NCBI GenBank assembly: GCA_951406725.2
Contig: OX597825.1
Location: 2,170,001-2,234,000 of the forward strand
Length of the DNA stretch: 64,000 nt
Direction: 5' to 3'
Origin: Octopus vulgaris
Lineage: Eukaryota
The notes under the pieces were generated by a model that worked only from the letters and a program-made list of their open reading frames with translations, was not told the origin of the DNA and did no database searches. Made by a program: the position numbers and the translations under genes. Shown one piece after another: positions 39,401-54,084 of the stretch (positions within the stretch are counted from its first letter, which is position 1; every line of letters begins with the position of its first letter).

Positions 39401-39650
39401 ACAATATTAGGTGTGGTGTACAGATATTGAATATTGAGAAAAAAGGTCGCCAGTGTTCTGGAAAAATCATTTAATTTATTCATTATTATTCGCGCTTTCG
39501 TTCCTTTCTCGAACTTGTCAAATAGAATTTTGTGAAAGTATAAACACCTTGTTCATTTGTATAAAACAAATGTTTTCGGTGGGGCGGGGGGGTCGTTTAG
39601 GAGAGGAGAACATTATTTTTGTTTTTTGAGGTGAAGATCCATGATACTAG
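39401..39650 (-). mobile_element. pLTR-like unit with a degenerate hammerhead motif, between microsatellites
   Basis: Minus strand 39525-39485 reads tctat-TTGACAA-GTTC-gagaaag-GAAC-GAAA-gcgcg-a-ata. Confidence 0.45.
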
Positions 39651-39767
39651 AGATAGATACACACACAGAGACACATAAAAACACACACACACATATATAT
39701 ACATACAGACACACATAATAAATATATATATATATATACACATAATATGTGATCGTGTGTTTGTATA

Positions 39768-39858
<91 letters not shown>

Positions 39859-40649
39859 GTGTGTGTAACGTACATATATGACTATTCAAACACACACATT
39901 TAAATCTTAAAATCTCATATAAAATTAGGCGAAGAGAAATAACTCAGACGTGGCCTGTGTCAAGTATTTGAACAACATCGTTTTCGCACAATTATAAGAA
40001 ATGCCATAGAACATGTATTCTTTTATTTAGAAAAATGATCTTCACCAGTGGTGGAATGCGTCACAATTCTTCATTGGCGACTGGGAACAGCTGCGTTTTT
40101 GTAATTGGAGAATTTCATGAATAGAGAAACGTCTAATGTTGACATGGCGCTAAAGAAAACGACAGACATTTTGTCTTGAGTTAATAGAACAGAAGTGGAC
40201 ACTTGTTTCTACCTCATTAAGCGTAACCAACAGGACAAATCTTGTAACCTACCCCCCGAGGCCAATGGACGTATGCATAGACAAGAAGAATAGTAAAACA
40301 TATTGTGTGTGATTTGTATAAATTAAACAAAAATGAATTTATGAGAAATAACTCAACTTCACGAACGGAACATTTATGAACAACATAGACAAATGCAGGT
40401 TTCGAAAAGACCATACATTATAAATTCTTAAATATTGGAATTTTAACGCCCCCTCTAGATGACGCGTCCGCGATTATTGATTATGTCCCAATTCCTCCGT
40501 GGTAGTAGAAACCTCTTCCATATGAAAAATGTAATCTCCTACTGAGCTGTGTTTCATTGCTATATATTGTAAGGATCGAAAGAAAGTCCTTACGAGTTTC
40601 AAGTGTGAGAAAGGAACACATGCTCTTCTGATCAATTGATATATTTCCC

Positions 40650-41266
40650 CTCATTATTGATAACAATCTCGTCTGTCTAGCACCTTATTGATCCTCAACC
40701 TTTCGAAGCAAAGATAAATCATTCCTAACATATTTTCAAGTAATTTTCTGTCTTCCATGTAAACCAATTTGCAATAAGTTGGAAAGATGACAGTCAGATG
40801 GAGTAAGGTGAGAAGGGTAACAGTGCATGAAGCATAACTTACATATTTAGTGTCTTAATTTTTTCTTTAAGCGATACGGTAAATATATGGTCTTGCGTTA
40901 TCGTATAAATTGAACACTCTATCACGTTTGACGAATGACAGACGCTTTTTTCTGCAAAATTGAAATGGTGCCATGTCACCATATTAAGAATTTCGGTTTG
41001 GTTTGATACTACAGCATAGGCAACACCCTTCATATACCACCAAAAGAGAGCATAAATTTTCCTGTGTAGCCTTGGTTTGGGCTTCGTTGGTCTAATTCCT
41101 TGACTGTCTTTATTGTCACATATGATTATAGAGAACGCATTTTTAATCACTTGTGATGCTATTAAGCAGGAATGCTTAAGTATTAGGTCTAATTTTCAAT
41201 GTCGAGAAGAGGATAAAACTTCGATTAAAACGAAATCAGTTACACAATGAGGAAACTCTAACCAAA

Positions 41267-41353
<87 letters not shown>

Positions 41354-41790
41354 ATACCATTCTTTCTCTCTCTCTTTTTCTATCTATCTATCTATCTATC
41401 TCTATTTCATAGAGATGTTTGATGATTGAAGTGTGAGTTAATTAGACTGTTTTGTTAATTCTCTTGCAGTTTGATTCGTATTTTCCTCTATTACGTTCTT
41501 GAGAATCTCAGTAGAGGCAGATACAGATCTGGGAAGGTTCAAGGATACTAAAAGAGAAAAGGTTTCGCAAGCGAAACGAGCATGCCATTGTAGGAATATC
41601 CAGACACTTAAAGCTTCATTTTCGTAGACAGAATGAATATTTCGTTCCAATGAAATGTCTTATATGGTCTAATATATGCACTTTTTAAAATAGAAAAATA
41701 GGATTTTAAACGCTTTGGCTAAGCTAATCTACAAAAACATACTCTGATCACATGAAAAATGAGACAGGACTTCCTTTCCAAACGATATGA
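40650..41790 (-). mobile_element. Old, heavily decayed mariner element interrupted by (TATC)n at 41268-41405
   Basis: Remnants RNIHSVYENEALSVWIFLQWHARF (HTH), LKNVIEENTNQTARELTK, PKPRLHRKIYALFWWYMKGV, and PSHLTPSDCHL (YSPDLAPSDYHL-like), in the expected order. Confidence 0.75.
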
Positions 41791-42797
41791 GTGTGGTGGG
41801 GGAGGAGGGAGTGTATCCAATGCATTCGTTTTAGTCTGACGTGCTATTTACTTTTGGAATATATTATCCTATGACCTACTCCTGTTTTCTCTCTAATATA
41901 TAACTGTTTTGTCATGTTTCAATATATACAACTCCATATAATCAATTCTGTCTCACTTTATTCATGTCTCTTACACGCAGACTCTTAGAAGAATTATGAC
42001 GACCCCGTAGAGTCGTCATAATTTTGTCTACTCTCGGCAGAACAAACCACCAGAAAATAACTGCCCTTCTCAGTTATTATTTCGTCTCAAGTTTTCTAAA
42101 CCCAATGCAAGAGCTTATGAGCACAATGTCATACATATTCCCACTCTTGGCAAGTGACTGAATATATTTTTTGGCATTCGATATACCTAAAATAATAACA
42201 GTCGACAGATTTTTTTGAAAATGTTTAGCAAATCTCAAACACCAAGGGGACACAACATTGATCGACTTAAATTTAGTCGATAAACTTTTCTTTTGTTATC
42301 CAGGTCATCATAAATGTAGTCGCTAAGATTTCTCTCTGTCATCCATACCGTTTCTGTTTTCTCCAAACTTAATATATAATAATGTTGTATTTTCATTTCA
42401 TCATTTAATGAAGACAGTTTCCGATTTCACAAGAATTGAATATCAATGTCTTCATAATCGCATAGATAAAATATCATATCAAAAAATTTATGATACATAA
42501 TACTCATAATAATAAACAAAACTGAACGATTATTTAAAGAATGTATAAAACATTGAAATAAAATTCCATTTGTTATCTCATGGGAGGCTTTATTGTCAAT
42601 GAAAAGCAAATCACATTCTACGAATATGAGTCTCCGCGATCGTATAATCAACTGAATCCAGACTTCATTCAATCTTATACACTGGAGAAATACTCTTCAC
42701 TAAATTTAATAAAGAATTCTGAAGCTATGGAAACAAAGTAGTTATGGTGGACGTCGACCTAACAGTAAAATACTGTAAGTTCATCTTTCATTAGGCG

Positions 42798-43298
<501 letters not shown>

Positions 43299-44589
43299 CC
43301 TAAAGCCGTAGCTTGTTTTTATAAGGTATTATTACTCTGAAGTTGATATAGTATTCATATAGTCAATGAAATATTTTTATATAATCTATCCACCATATAA
43401 ACACACTCAAATTCGAGTTATTTAGTTTAGCCATAGAATAATACAAATGTAATTTTTCTGAGCTGATAAGAATATTACATCACTTCGGAATAAAGTTTTC
43501 CGTGAGTAGGGCTTTCGAGGAACAGCCATAGTGCAGCCTCATTTTATGTTCAGCTATCAAATCTCTGTCAGATCAGCAAGTACCACATTTTCTTTTCTGA
43601 ATAAAGGGTTACAATAGATAATATAGTTTTGTATTAACTACAGGACCAAATGTGCAAGGTATGAACTATTTGATTAGAGATTTGAGGTTTACACTATCAG
43701 AAATCAATGCTCAACAACCATAATGCTGGTTTAACCCTCATACATCTTCGATGCGAAATCCAATATTGCTAATGGTTTCCTAAACTTAATTATAAAGCAT
43801 TTTATCACGAAAATCAATTATTCCGATCTATTGAAGCAAAATATATAAAGGTGCGCTACAGATACTCGACAAAGCCATATGAACAATCCAGGAACCGAAA
43901 CAATGTTTACGTATATATTTCTAAAGTTGAGTTGTACGCATACACCTGCCTAGCAAAGTTTTGCAATCCATATTATAAGGAAAGACAGCTGCAATGTTAA
44001 ATCAAATTGTATTATAAACTCGTTAATTTATACATAGACAAAAATCTAATTTATTACGCTACAGATTCAAGACTATAATTGATATATCTGAATGTGGAAA
44101 GATAATTTACGGAGTGAGGACTAACAGTCTAAACCTAATTTTATACAAGTACACAGTTTTACATCATTCTCAACATATATTTGGTATCCGAAAGATAATG
44201 GCACTGTTACCTTGAACAGACACAATATCGGAAGAAATATTTCGTTCTCAACAAAATGAGATCTAGATACAATGACGTAATTTTTTAAATTACACAGAAA
44301 GTAATTGAAGCCCCACTTAATGTAAAGATTCACGGAAAGGGAGGTTTGTTTATCGCAATACCAAACGCAATTATATCCTTTATAGTAAATTAAATGGTAA
44401 CAAGATTAAGCAACCACCACCTGAGGGACGTCCATGAAGAGATATATTGGCACCTGGTTAATAAAGTGTAGGTGGAACTGTAATGAATATATCATATATT
44501 TACTCTTCCCTTATGTACATAGGAAAACTTTCGAGCACGTGAGCAATGTATGTGTGTGTGTATGTGTGTGTGTGTATGTGGTGTGTGTT

Positions 44590-44633
<44 letters not shown>

Positions 44634-45167
44634 TAGCCACCTAATTACTTTCTAATTTTCACATAACCATTTTGCTGAATCAGCCATTGATTTCTATGGT
44701 AAATTCTATAAATACAGACCAGTGGAATATTAACTTCACCACCAGCAATGGAGTAAGTATCATTAATGAACATTAATTTCATGCGAAATAAGAGCGCTAA
44801 TCTGATACTGTCGCTGGCTGTGGGGAGTTTTGTCTCGTGTGTCATTACATAGAACTCTTATTTCTAGCAATGCTGGTGCTCCCTGCACTCTTAGGCACTT
44901 TTAGTGACTGTGAATTATTTCCTTTTTGGTTTTAAATTGTGTCTAGCCACCCTATTATATATATATACATATATATATATATGTATATATATATATATGT
45001 ATGTATATATATATATGTATATATATACACATACACATATATATATGCATACACACACACGCGCATACACATATTTGCAGCATACATAAACACGCGAACG
45101 CACAAACACACTCAGCCATATATTTATATGTATGTATTACGATACGGTAAGAGAGAGAGAGAGAGGA

Positions 45168-45221
<54 letters not shown>

Positions 45222-46319
45222 AAGAGTCGTATGCAATTGTTCTGGACATTTTGAAGAAGCTTTTCTATGTACGCTAGAAAGTTACCGCCAGTCATAGAAA
45301 AATTAAGTTGTCAAAATTTGTATAAAAATTTTAAATGCCGAGCAATTGAAACGAACTCCATAGACTATTAAATTTCGAAACCGATTTAAAATTATGTCCA
45401 AATATTGTAGGGCCAACATCAAGCGCCCAATTGTTTAGTTGTAAACCGGAAAAAAATATTCAAAGAAATATGCAAACACTTTCCAAATTTCATCCGAGAC
45501 GACATGATCTTTTTTAAGTATAATCCAGTGAGTAAATTTAGTGGCGACTCTGGCTATTTTATATTTTTCATTTTTCATTTGCCTCTACTCCCATAAATTG
45601 CATCAATTAGTATTGATGGCGATGAAATTGTGGACAAACAAATCTTCACGCTTAATTTACGATAGATTTCCAAACTAATTAATCGTTGGATTATGAAAAA
45701 CGCTTCAAATAATTACGTCGTTTTGTAAAACAAATCATTAAGTTCCATTAATGTAGACGGACGGTAATGCCTACCCCTGTTTGGAACACGAGTGATTGGA
45801 TTCTTTAGGGAAAGAATCCGATCATTAGTATAATTTATATGAGCTTCAAAGTTTATTTAAGAGAACATTGGGAAATATTATTCGATATTTCACACTTTTA
45901 AAAGGAAGTAACAGAGACATTCGAGGCTTTAATAAATTAATCAAAAACGTCCATGAATCGATAAAAATCACAATAATAATGCTTCAGACGGACTTTCTGT
46001 TGTTTGATATTCTGATAATTAAGGACAATGACAGTATTCCATCTGATATCTACTGCAAAGAAAACAATCTTGCAAAGGTAATAAGCTAGATAGTGCTTGT
46101 CATTGCATGCCAAAATATACGGTGTGTAGATTACTTGAAGAATCACATTACTTAAAGAACTAAAACATCTACGAAAAAAATAACAAAACAAAAGAAATCT
46201 TTTAATAATTAATTAAACATCTAAGGCAAAAAATAACCTGATCCATCACTTACGAAGAAACACTAACAATATGGAGACAAATACAAGAAGAAATATTTCG
46301 TTTCTGATTGCTAATCACA

Positions 46320-46510
46320 AGGTCTTGATTGTGACGAGAACGATGAAAACTTTTTGAAACCTTTGTGCAGGCCTCTGAGTAGGCATCGCCAAAATTTTGG
46401 CAAAATATGATGCAGGTCCTCTTCTCAATTTTCTCTGTCATCTTCAATGCGACGATCACACACTACATATCTTCCTTCCAAGCACTGCTGTAAACTGCGG
46501 AAGTGAACTG
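46320..46510 (-). mobile_element. Mariner 5' fragment (N-terminal HTH start)
   Basis: MTEKIEKRTCIIFCQNFGDAYSEACTKV resembles the EQRxCIKFCxKLGxxxxET N-terminus of mariner transposases. Confidence 0.6.
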
Positions 46511-47424
46511 GCAAAATGACCATTCCTAATTACAACAATATATATATATATACTTTCTTTCTCTCTATCTCTGTCTTCTGTCTGTCTCTCTTTCTCTCTC
46601 TCTCTCTATATATATATACATCAATGCATAACAATGAACATGAACTCTCTATATACACTTGAACGTCTGCGTTTGTTTGTTTTGGTATTTCCACATCCGT
46701 ACGATAAAAATGTCTTTATTTTGTTTCATTTGAAATGGAAACACTGTTTATTTTTCCTTCTTTCTTCCACAAATTGAATAAAATAATTAATTGCAAACAA
46801 ATTTCTTTAAGATTGTACTAAATACCCGTGCTATTTCAACATAATGAAACTATCAAATATCTACAACAAAACAAATTCAATTTATGATGCATTTAAATCA
46901 TTTCAATTTAATTCTTAGAATATTTGACGCAATATTTGTTTTTAGGTATTGGAAACATTTGCCGGCCACTAATAAGTATTTGCCATATTCTATTCTAAAA
47001 CGATCGTTTCACTTTGGAAATTGCATTTCCCAGATAGAAATGAAATTAAAAAAACGTAAAACAATTATAATAATCAATGATTTTGCGTTTCATTTATTTT
47101 CTCTATTTACAAATATATGACAAAATATTGCTTATAAATATTTATAATGAAAGAACAATTTTTTACAATTAAATCTGGCTTTACAAGACACACAAGAAAT
47201 ATGTGTTCAGTGCAAATTATCTCTCTCGTAGCCTACTTTTGAATTCGTACGCATTCCTTGTCTACATTGTTAAATCACACACACACACACACACACAGGC
47301 GCGCACACACACACCCAAACACACACATGTAAACATCTACTCATTGATTTTAGTTAAAAAGCAAGAAATTGTAATTACTCATCCAACGGCGTATTGCTTC
47401 TGTTTATTTTTCACCCGGTTTAGG

Positions 47425-47637
47425 TTTTCCTCGTCCCCCTCCACTTCCACTTTCACCTTCTCCCCCACACCTTCTCCTCCTCGAACTCCTCCTTCCTTCT
47501 TCCTCCTCCTTCCTCTTTTCTCCTCTCCTTCCTCTGTCTTCCTCCTTCCTCTGGCCTCTCCCCCTTCCTCTGTCCTCCTCCTCCCCTTCCTCCTCGAACT
47601 CCGCCTTTCACCTCCTCCTCCTCCTCCTCCTCCTCCC
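47425..47637. repeat. Pyrimidine-rich (CCT/CTT)n low-complexity tract
   Basis: Directly visible; it supplies the Pro/Ser-rich part of the 297-aa ORF. Confidence 0.9.
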
Positions 47638-47639
47638 TG

Positions 47640-49450
47640 TTCGAAGGGAGGAAACCACTTGATGGGCAGATATGCAACATGGCAACGTAGCCTCAATTCG
47701 GTCGTTGATCCGCTGGAAGGGGCGTATGTTACACGAACCCAAGCAGATGTGTACGGAGTTTTAGCGGCATTTTGCCAAGCTGTATGCGGCTTGCAGTGGT
47801 TCGCGGACGGGACTGGATTACCCCTCCTACGTTGGCAGGTTGCCGCATCTTTCATCCAGGGATGCGGAGTTCTGCGAAATGCTGATAACAGCCGAAGACA
47901 TGAAGAACGCGATGACGAGCTGCAAAATGAAGCCGTCCGGGTTGGATTGTCTGCACCTCGAACTGTGTTTTTGTATGTCAGACTTGCTCGGGGATCGAAT
48001 GGTGGATGTCTGACGCAACCGGCAGCAGAACGAGAGAATAGTCAGTGCTCTAAGCCGTGGCGTGCTGGTGCTGCTGAGAAAAGACACAAACAGTGATAAT
48101 TTTAAGCCCATAACTCTGCTGAATGCAAGTGGTAAGATTTTGCAGAAGGTCTGAGCCAAGAGGTTGGAATCGTTGCCGATAAACTGGTCGGTGACGCTCT
48201 GACATGCACTATTCTGAGCAGAGCTATCCACGACAACCTCCACCTCATGCGCTACATCATCGAAAGAGTTGGAAAGGAACATGACATGAATGGTGCCCTG
48301 ATCAGTTTGGATCAATTAAGGGCTTTTCACATAGTTGACTATTAATACTTGCAGGCTCTCCCCGCGGAGGTCGGATTTCAGTGCTGTTTTCACAGGCTTG
48401 ATCCCTGTAATGTACAGCAGCAGCTGTTCGGTGGTCAAAGTAAATGACCACCTACCAGAATCACTTGGCATCGTCCGTTCGATCACTCTATGATGCCCAC
48501 TCTCAGCCCTTCTTTAATTGCTGGCTTTGGAGCCATTATTAAGGATGTTGGATATTTTGAGGGGTATCCCGCGTGAACTAGGAAGCGGAACGTTCGTATA
48601 CGTTTATGTGGACGTCGACACCGTAATTTCGTCGGACAACTCGGAAATTGAGGTGATCATTACTATCTTAAGGGGGGTCGAAGCGTGGCAGGAGAAAAAT
48701 TCATCGGTACAAATTGGGGGGCTTGCTGCACAGCACTTGGAGAGGCAACTTCATGAAAACCGACAACATTGCAGGGCACTGAACGGAAGGGTCGCTTAAA
48801 TGTTCAGGGTTTTGTTGTTCCACACCTTTATATGAACAAGAAGGGCAGAAGGTGACCTGCAGAGTGGTCAGTCTCACCCAAAAATGGGCAGAGAAGTTAT
48901 CCCTGAAGGATCGTGCGTTGGTGAATGAGCACATCTCTTCCGTCATCTATTGTCACCTGAGCATCGTCCCTTGTCCCACTTGGTAGCCGATCAAGTTGTA
49001 GCGCTTGTTCTTCCAATTTCTGTGGAGGGGGCATGTTCTAGTCGTCAGACAGTCCATCTGCTGTCAACAACCGCTGAGTGGAGGATTGGCCATGCCGTAG
49101 TTAATTATGCGCAGACACGCACTAAGCCTGCGACATCTACAACGTTTTCTTAACGGTTAGAGGAAGTGGTCACCGTTTGTCAGACAGAAGCTTCCGCAGA
49201 TCGTCTCGTTGACGGAGCTACAGTCCTGGATCAAGCGTAGGTCAAGAAAGGGCGCTTGGCACCTGTAGTATCGGCAAGCGCTTGCAGCTTTCTCCAAGTC
49301 GGACAATGATGTCGGCGAAAGTTTCACTATAGGGAATTACAGGTGAACAAGAGCGACGATGTCCTAGGAGAAACTTTGTGCCTCGGAAGGGATCGATAAA
49401 CTGACAGATGTACCGGTTCGTGACAAGCTCTACAGACATGAAAGTGCTGT
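47640..49450 (+). mobile_element. Tx1/L1-type LINE ORF2 remnant (reverse transcriptase), pseudogenised
   Basis: Across stops and frameshifts: RGVLVLLRK..DNFKPITLLN..KIL.KV.AKRL, RAIHDNLHLMRYII, ALISLDQLRAFHIVDY (LDQEKAFDRV-like), CPLSALL.LLALEPLL (QGCPLSPLL-like), YVDVDTV (YADDVT-like). The left boundary is approximate. Confidence 0.88.
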
Positions 49451-49550
49451 TAGACGGACTTGATCGAGAGGAACTTTTTTCAGTGACCAGGCATTACTGA
49501 CTTTGTGCTTTGTCGAACAGCTGTTGACACGTATGCGACGGATTCGGTTA

Positions 49551-50262
49551 TCAGCCGAGTCCATTGTGTAGATCGCTACACCACCTTCCTTTGGCGTGGA
49601 AGGAAAGGTAGTTTTCCTTTGTCTGGTATTGAAAGTACTTTACGCAGGATATGTGTTCTCTAGATTTTTTTCTGTTCAGTTTCTGTCTGTCGCTTTTGGC
49701 CCAGTCTACAATTCTAACTCCGTATCTGATTACTGGTATTGCTTTTGCATTTATTGCTTCAATATTTTTTTTAAAATTCAACTTTGACTCTAATATGTTT
49801 CTCCTTATATCCTCCCTTCTGGTAATTTGCTTTCATATTTTATTTCGTCTGCCTGCAATATTGCCAAAAACTTAGAGCACTGTCTTTTCTCAACTGCTTT
49901 CATTGTGTGCCTATTTGGCATTTCAATTCCCTGGCTTCCTTCAATTCTTCCTCGTTTCTTTATAAATATGGCGCATTGATCAATCCCAAATTGCATACTT
50001 ACATTATTTGAGAAAATGCGAACAGTATGTACAAGACTTTCAAACTGCATCTCATTTTCCGCACAAAGCTTTCTATCCTCGATAAATAGGAAATGATTTA
50101 TCTGACCATATCTTTTTCCCAAAACATAAGCTATTTTAACATATCGTTTTATCAGACTGAGTGGTGTCATGGCCAATACAAATAGTAATGGAGATAAGCT
50201 ATCATCTTGAAATATAGTGGCAGAAGTAATGATAACATAATACATAAAACCCTCCATATAGA
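49551..50262 (-). mobile_element. R4/Dong-type non-LTR retrotransposon RT fragment
   Basis: IFQDDSLSPLLFVLAMTPLS..INHFLFIEDRKL..LVHTVRIFSNNVSMQFGIDQCA..KRGR, then NIEAINAKAIPVIRYGVRIVDW; these match the GIFQGDSLSPLLF / HLLFMDDLKL / MEFGIEKCA / AINxxAVPVIRY pattern of R4-like RTs. Confidence 0.8.
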
Positions 50263-51484
50263 TCATTCAATAATGTATTCACCCTTGTTGTTTACAACTT
50301 CTTTCCAACGTTCAACAATATTTTCAATACCTCGTTGGTAAAAATCACTCGAATTTGACTCGTAAAATGCATCCAACCAAGCTCTCAATTCTTCATCAGT
50401 AGTGAACGACGGCATTTGAAAGAGATCGAAAGAGGTGGAAATTCGTTGGTGCCAAATGAGGAGAGTACGGCGAGTGTTGCGGCACGTCTCAGCCATGCGT
50501 TTCAATGCCTTCCGTATTCATATAGACGATATGAGGGCGGGCAGTACCATGCAGCAGAAGAACTCCATGCTGCCGATTAGGTCTTTTCTATTATTAAACA
50601 GCCGTGTTGAGTCGTTCCATCTGTTGAACATAGAGCTTCGCGTTGACTGTTTGGCTCCGATCCAGCCATTCGTAATGGATAATCCGTTCCCAGTCCCACC
50701 ATACGCACAACATCGTTTTACGCGGATGGAGATCTTGTTTCACGTGCGGTGTCGCTTGTTTACCGGGGCTAAACCATTACTTACGCTGCTTCATATTGGT
50801 GTACAGGCACCATTTTCCGTCGCCAGTAACGATTCGGTAAAGAAATCATCGCTTGTGTCCAGGAGTTAAGCGGTGACGAGCAAGCAAACAAGCGGAGATT
50901 GTGGCTCGTTGATTTTTTTGTTGTTGTCACTTAAAGCATGCGGAACCCATGCTCCATACTTCAGAAACTTTCCCACTGAGTGAAGATGCTTCACTATAGC
51001 AGTGTGGGAGCATTCCATTTTCTCTTCCAGTTCCCTTGTCGTTTGACGAGAATTTTCGTGCAAAAGTTAGTTTAATTGCCCTTCAACGAACTCAACTGGA
51101 TGACCAGATCGAGGTACGTCTTTGAGATCAAAATTTCCATTTTTGAACTTGGCAGACCAAACACGAGCGACTCTTTCAGCGATGGCACCCTCTCCTTACA
51201 CAGCATAAATGTCTCGAACAGCTTTTTCGGCCTTAGAACCTTGATTAACAGGAAACAGAAGTAGGTGTCGAAAATGCTCGTCTTTCTTAATTTGACATTC
51301 CATTTTAATGTCCTGAAAATAAACAAAAATTAACTAAGATTAACGTGAAAAAAAAAAATCTAAAATAGATTCCAAAATGATTCAAAAATAGAATTCTCGA
51401 AAAAAAAAGTAGATTCCAAAATTTAAAAACGCAATAAATTCCAAAGTTTAAAGAAACGGCGGGAACTTAGTTGCGAACCCAGTA
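50263..51484 (-). mobile_element. Near-full-length mariner element: 5' TIR plus a disrupted transposase CDS (ATG at 51303, stop at 50263); 3' TIR missing
   Basis: Minus strand TA-ctgggttcgcaactaagttcccgccgttt (TIR, ~51455-51482), then MECQIKKDEHFRHLLLF..KFKNGNFDLKDVPRSGHP..HENSRQTTREL..GAWVPHAL..IVTGDGKW..HSPYSPHLAPTNFHLFRSL..FYQRGIENIVERWKEVVNNKGEYI, with several stops and frameshifts. Confidence 0.96.
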
Positions 51485-51485
51485 T

Positions 51486-51499
51486 ATAAATATATACAT

Positions 51500-51571
<72 letters not shown>

Positions 51572-51599
51572 TTATATATTTATATTTATATATATGTGC

Positions 51600-51665
<66 letters not shown>

Positions 51666-51702
51666 GTATATATATATGCATATATGTGTGTGTATATATA
51701 TA
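51486..51702. repeat. (CA)n/(TA)n microsatellite abutting the mariner TIR
   Basis: Directly visible. Confidence 0.95.
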
Positions 51703-52282
51703 GGCATATTACATATATCATATCGACTCTACCATTTGATATTACTGCGTGTTTATGTCTATTTGACCTAGTGACCGCTGCCAATCTTATGGGATTGGAA
51801 TTTAAATAAGTTGTTGAGTTAATGAGGGAATTTATAGAAACAGAGAAGTCTTTCATAACTTTTTTTTTTTTACTCTTATTTGAGTTGCTAGAAATACCAG
51901 CCAAATTTATGAGAAAACCCTCACACTGCTTTTTTAAAATCACACAGCGTTGACGCATTTCTGTATATATGTTTGATGGATGAACCCAGCCTGGGGTTAA
52001 ATAATACCAAAAGCAACAACAGTTCTTTCTGAACATGCATGTTATTTGTTTCCTCAGTGGAATAGAGAGCATCATGGCATGCCTCTTATTCTTTAATATA
52101 TGGCTCGTACTTAAATCTGCTCGTATAACATTTGTCTTGTTTGCGTAGTCCGGTTATAGCAATGTATGTGACATGTGTACATATGATATTACACACACAC
52201 ACATCTCCACACATACTTAGGTATATACGTATATATATTCATATATCAATGTGCAATTCTGTTTGTGGCATTCTGTGACTGA

Positions 52283-52520
<238 letters not shown>

Positions 52521-54084
52521 GCATATAGACACACACATAGTTTTATGCATATAGACCTACAAATACACGCATACACTAAGTTGTGCATGGACATCGTTAA
52601 GCATACATACATATATATGTGGTGGCAGCTACCACAAAATCTCTTTAGAACTCAAGTTTTATCAATAACTGCTGGTGTATTGATTCTTAGAGAGCGAACT
52701 ATTTTGTGAAAGCAGCATATTTTTTGTTGTTCTTATAATATGTTGAATCTGTATTTCTATTATCTTTATCTTTAAAGAATTCAAAAGAAAATATTAAAAG
52801 AAATTGATTTTATGGTTGTAGGACATATCCTATTTTCTAAATTGAACTAAATAATTGTTTTAAGTCCGTTTATTCCATTTATGTAAAGTTTTGTTTTGTT
52901 TCAGAAACCATTGCATAATTCCAATATAAAAGATTGGAAAAATATCTTGTATATAGAATTTCAAAGAAACGTTGCTCTGAAATCCTTGAAAATCCAAAAT
53001 AATGATTGATGATTTTATCAGTAAAGAAGAGCTTTGCCATCCCCAGGGCGAAGAAGTATTTATATAGAATTCGACATTATTGACATCGAAAAATCTTCGA
53101 GTTAGTTTTCATGAAGGGAAGCATTCTGTGAATTTTCTCAGTTATAGATTCTTACTGAAATATATTTAATCCAATTTCAGAATATAAGATGTCAAACAAA
53201 TTCCTTTTATGGCTTTTAAAAATAATTTTGCAGAATGTCGTTGTGAAAAATCACAGATGGATATCAAATGTGCGTTTGAGCATCGAAAGAAATACATATT
53301 TAATTTTTGGAGAAAGTCCGTTATGCTTCCAGTTCAAATCCCACCCTGTGTCTCTTTACTTCTATCTATTTTTCAAAAATATTCCCTACAAGTTAAAAAG
53401 TTTAGGAATTGAATTCAAAGTTAAAAGTGGTTTAAAGATAGATAAACATGAAAAGACCGCAATATCACTGCCATAAAATGTCTGCTACCCACATTTTGTA
53501 GCCTAGTCAGGTGACGGCAGGTTTTCGTTCCCATAACTCGTTTTGTAGAACTCGGGAAACTGGTTCTGATAGAAGGTATTTTATTAAAGGTACTCAGTCA
53601 CCAGTTTAAGGTTCTTCACCGGGAAAAGTTCAGTATACTATTTAGAGGAGTAGTATAGCTTCAATACATTGAGCACCCACATCATGGTCTCTCTCATTCC
53701 AATTCTACTCACAATGATTGACATAAAATATTTGTCCGAGGTTCACACCATGAAAATAAATCTAAAACTACTTGATGGTAAACCTATCTTCCTCATCCTA
53801 TCTATGACGGGGATTTCTACTTTCAGATTTTGTATTACATCTACACTGGACATTTCTAATAATTCTTGAAATATTTTGCAACAAATTATGCATTTCGGGA
53901 GTTATTACTGTTCATTATGTATCGACCTGAATAATTACAAAGTTCATTAAACCATACAAGGATGAGATTAAAAGCCATTATTTACATACACATGACTCAA
54001 TGCATCTAATCTATTTTCCTAATGATGTATTGATTCTACAACCATCGCCTTTCTCATGATATGTCCATATTATTGTTGCAAGTT

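Noticed and set aside
44707-44758. TATAAATA followed by ATGGA|gtaagt, resembling a micro first exon
   Set aside because: It would leave only a ~10-nt 5' UTR, the donor has A at -1, and such motifs are expected by chance in AT-rich DNA.
47203-48096. Longest ORF in the track (297 aa)
   Set aside because: It is a chimera of (CA)n, a (CCT)n tract and a largely off-frame reading of the decayed Tx1 ORF2; not a host gene.
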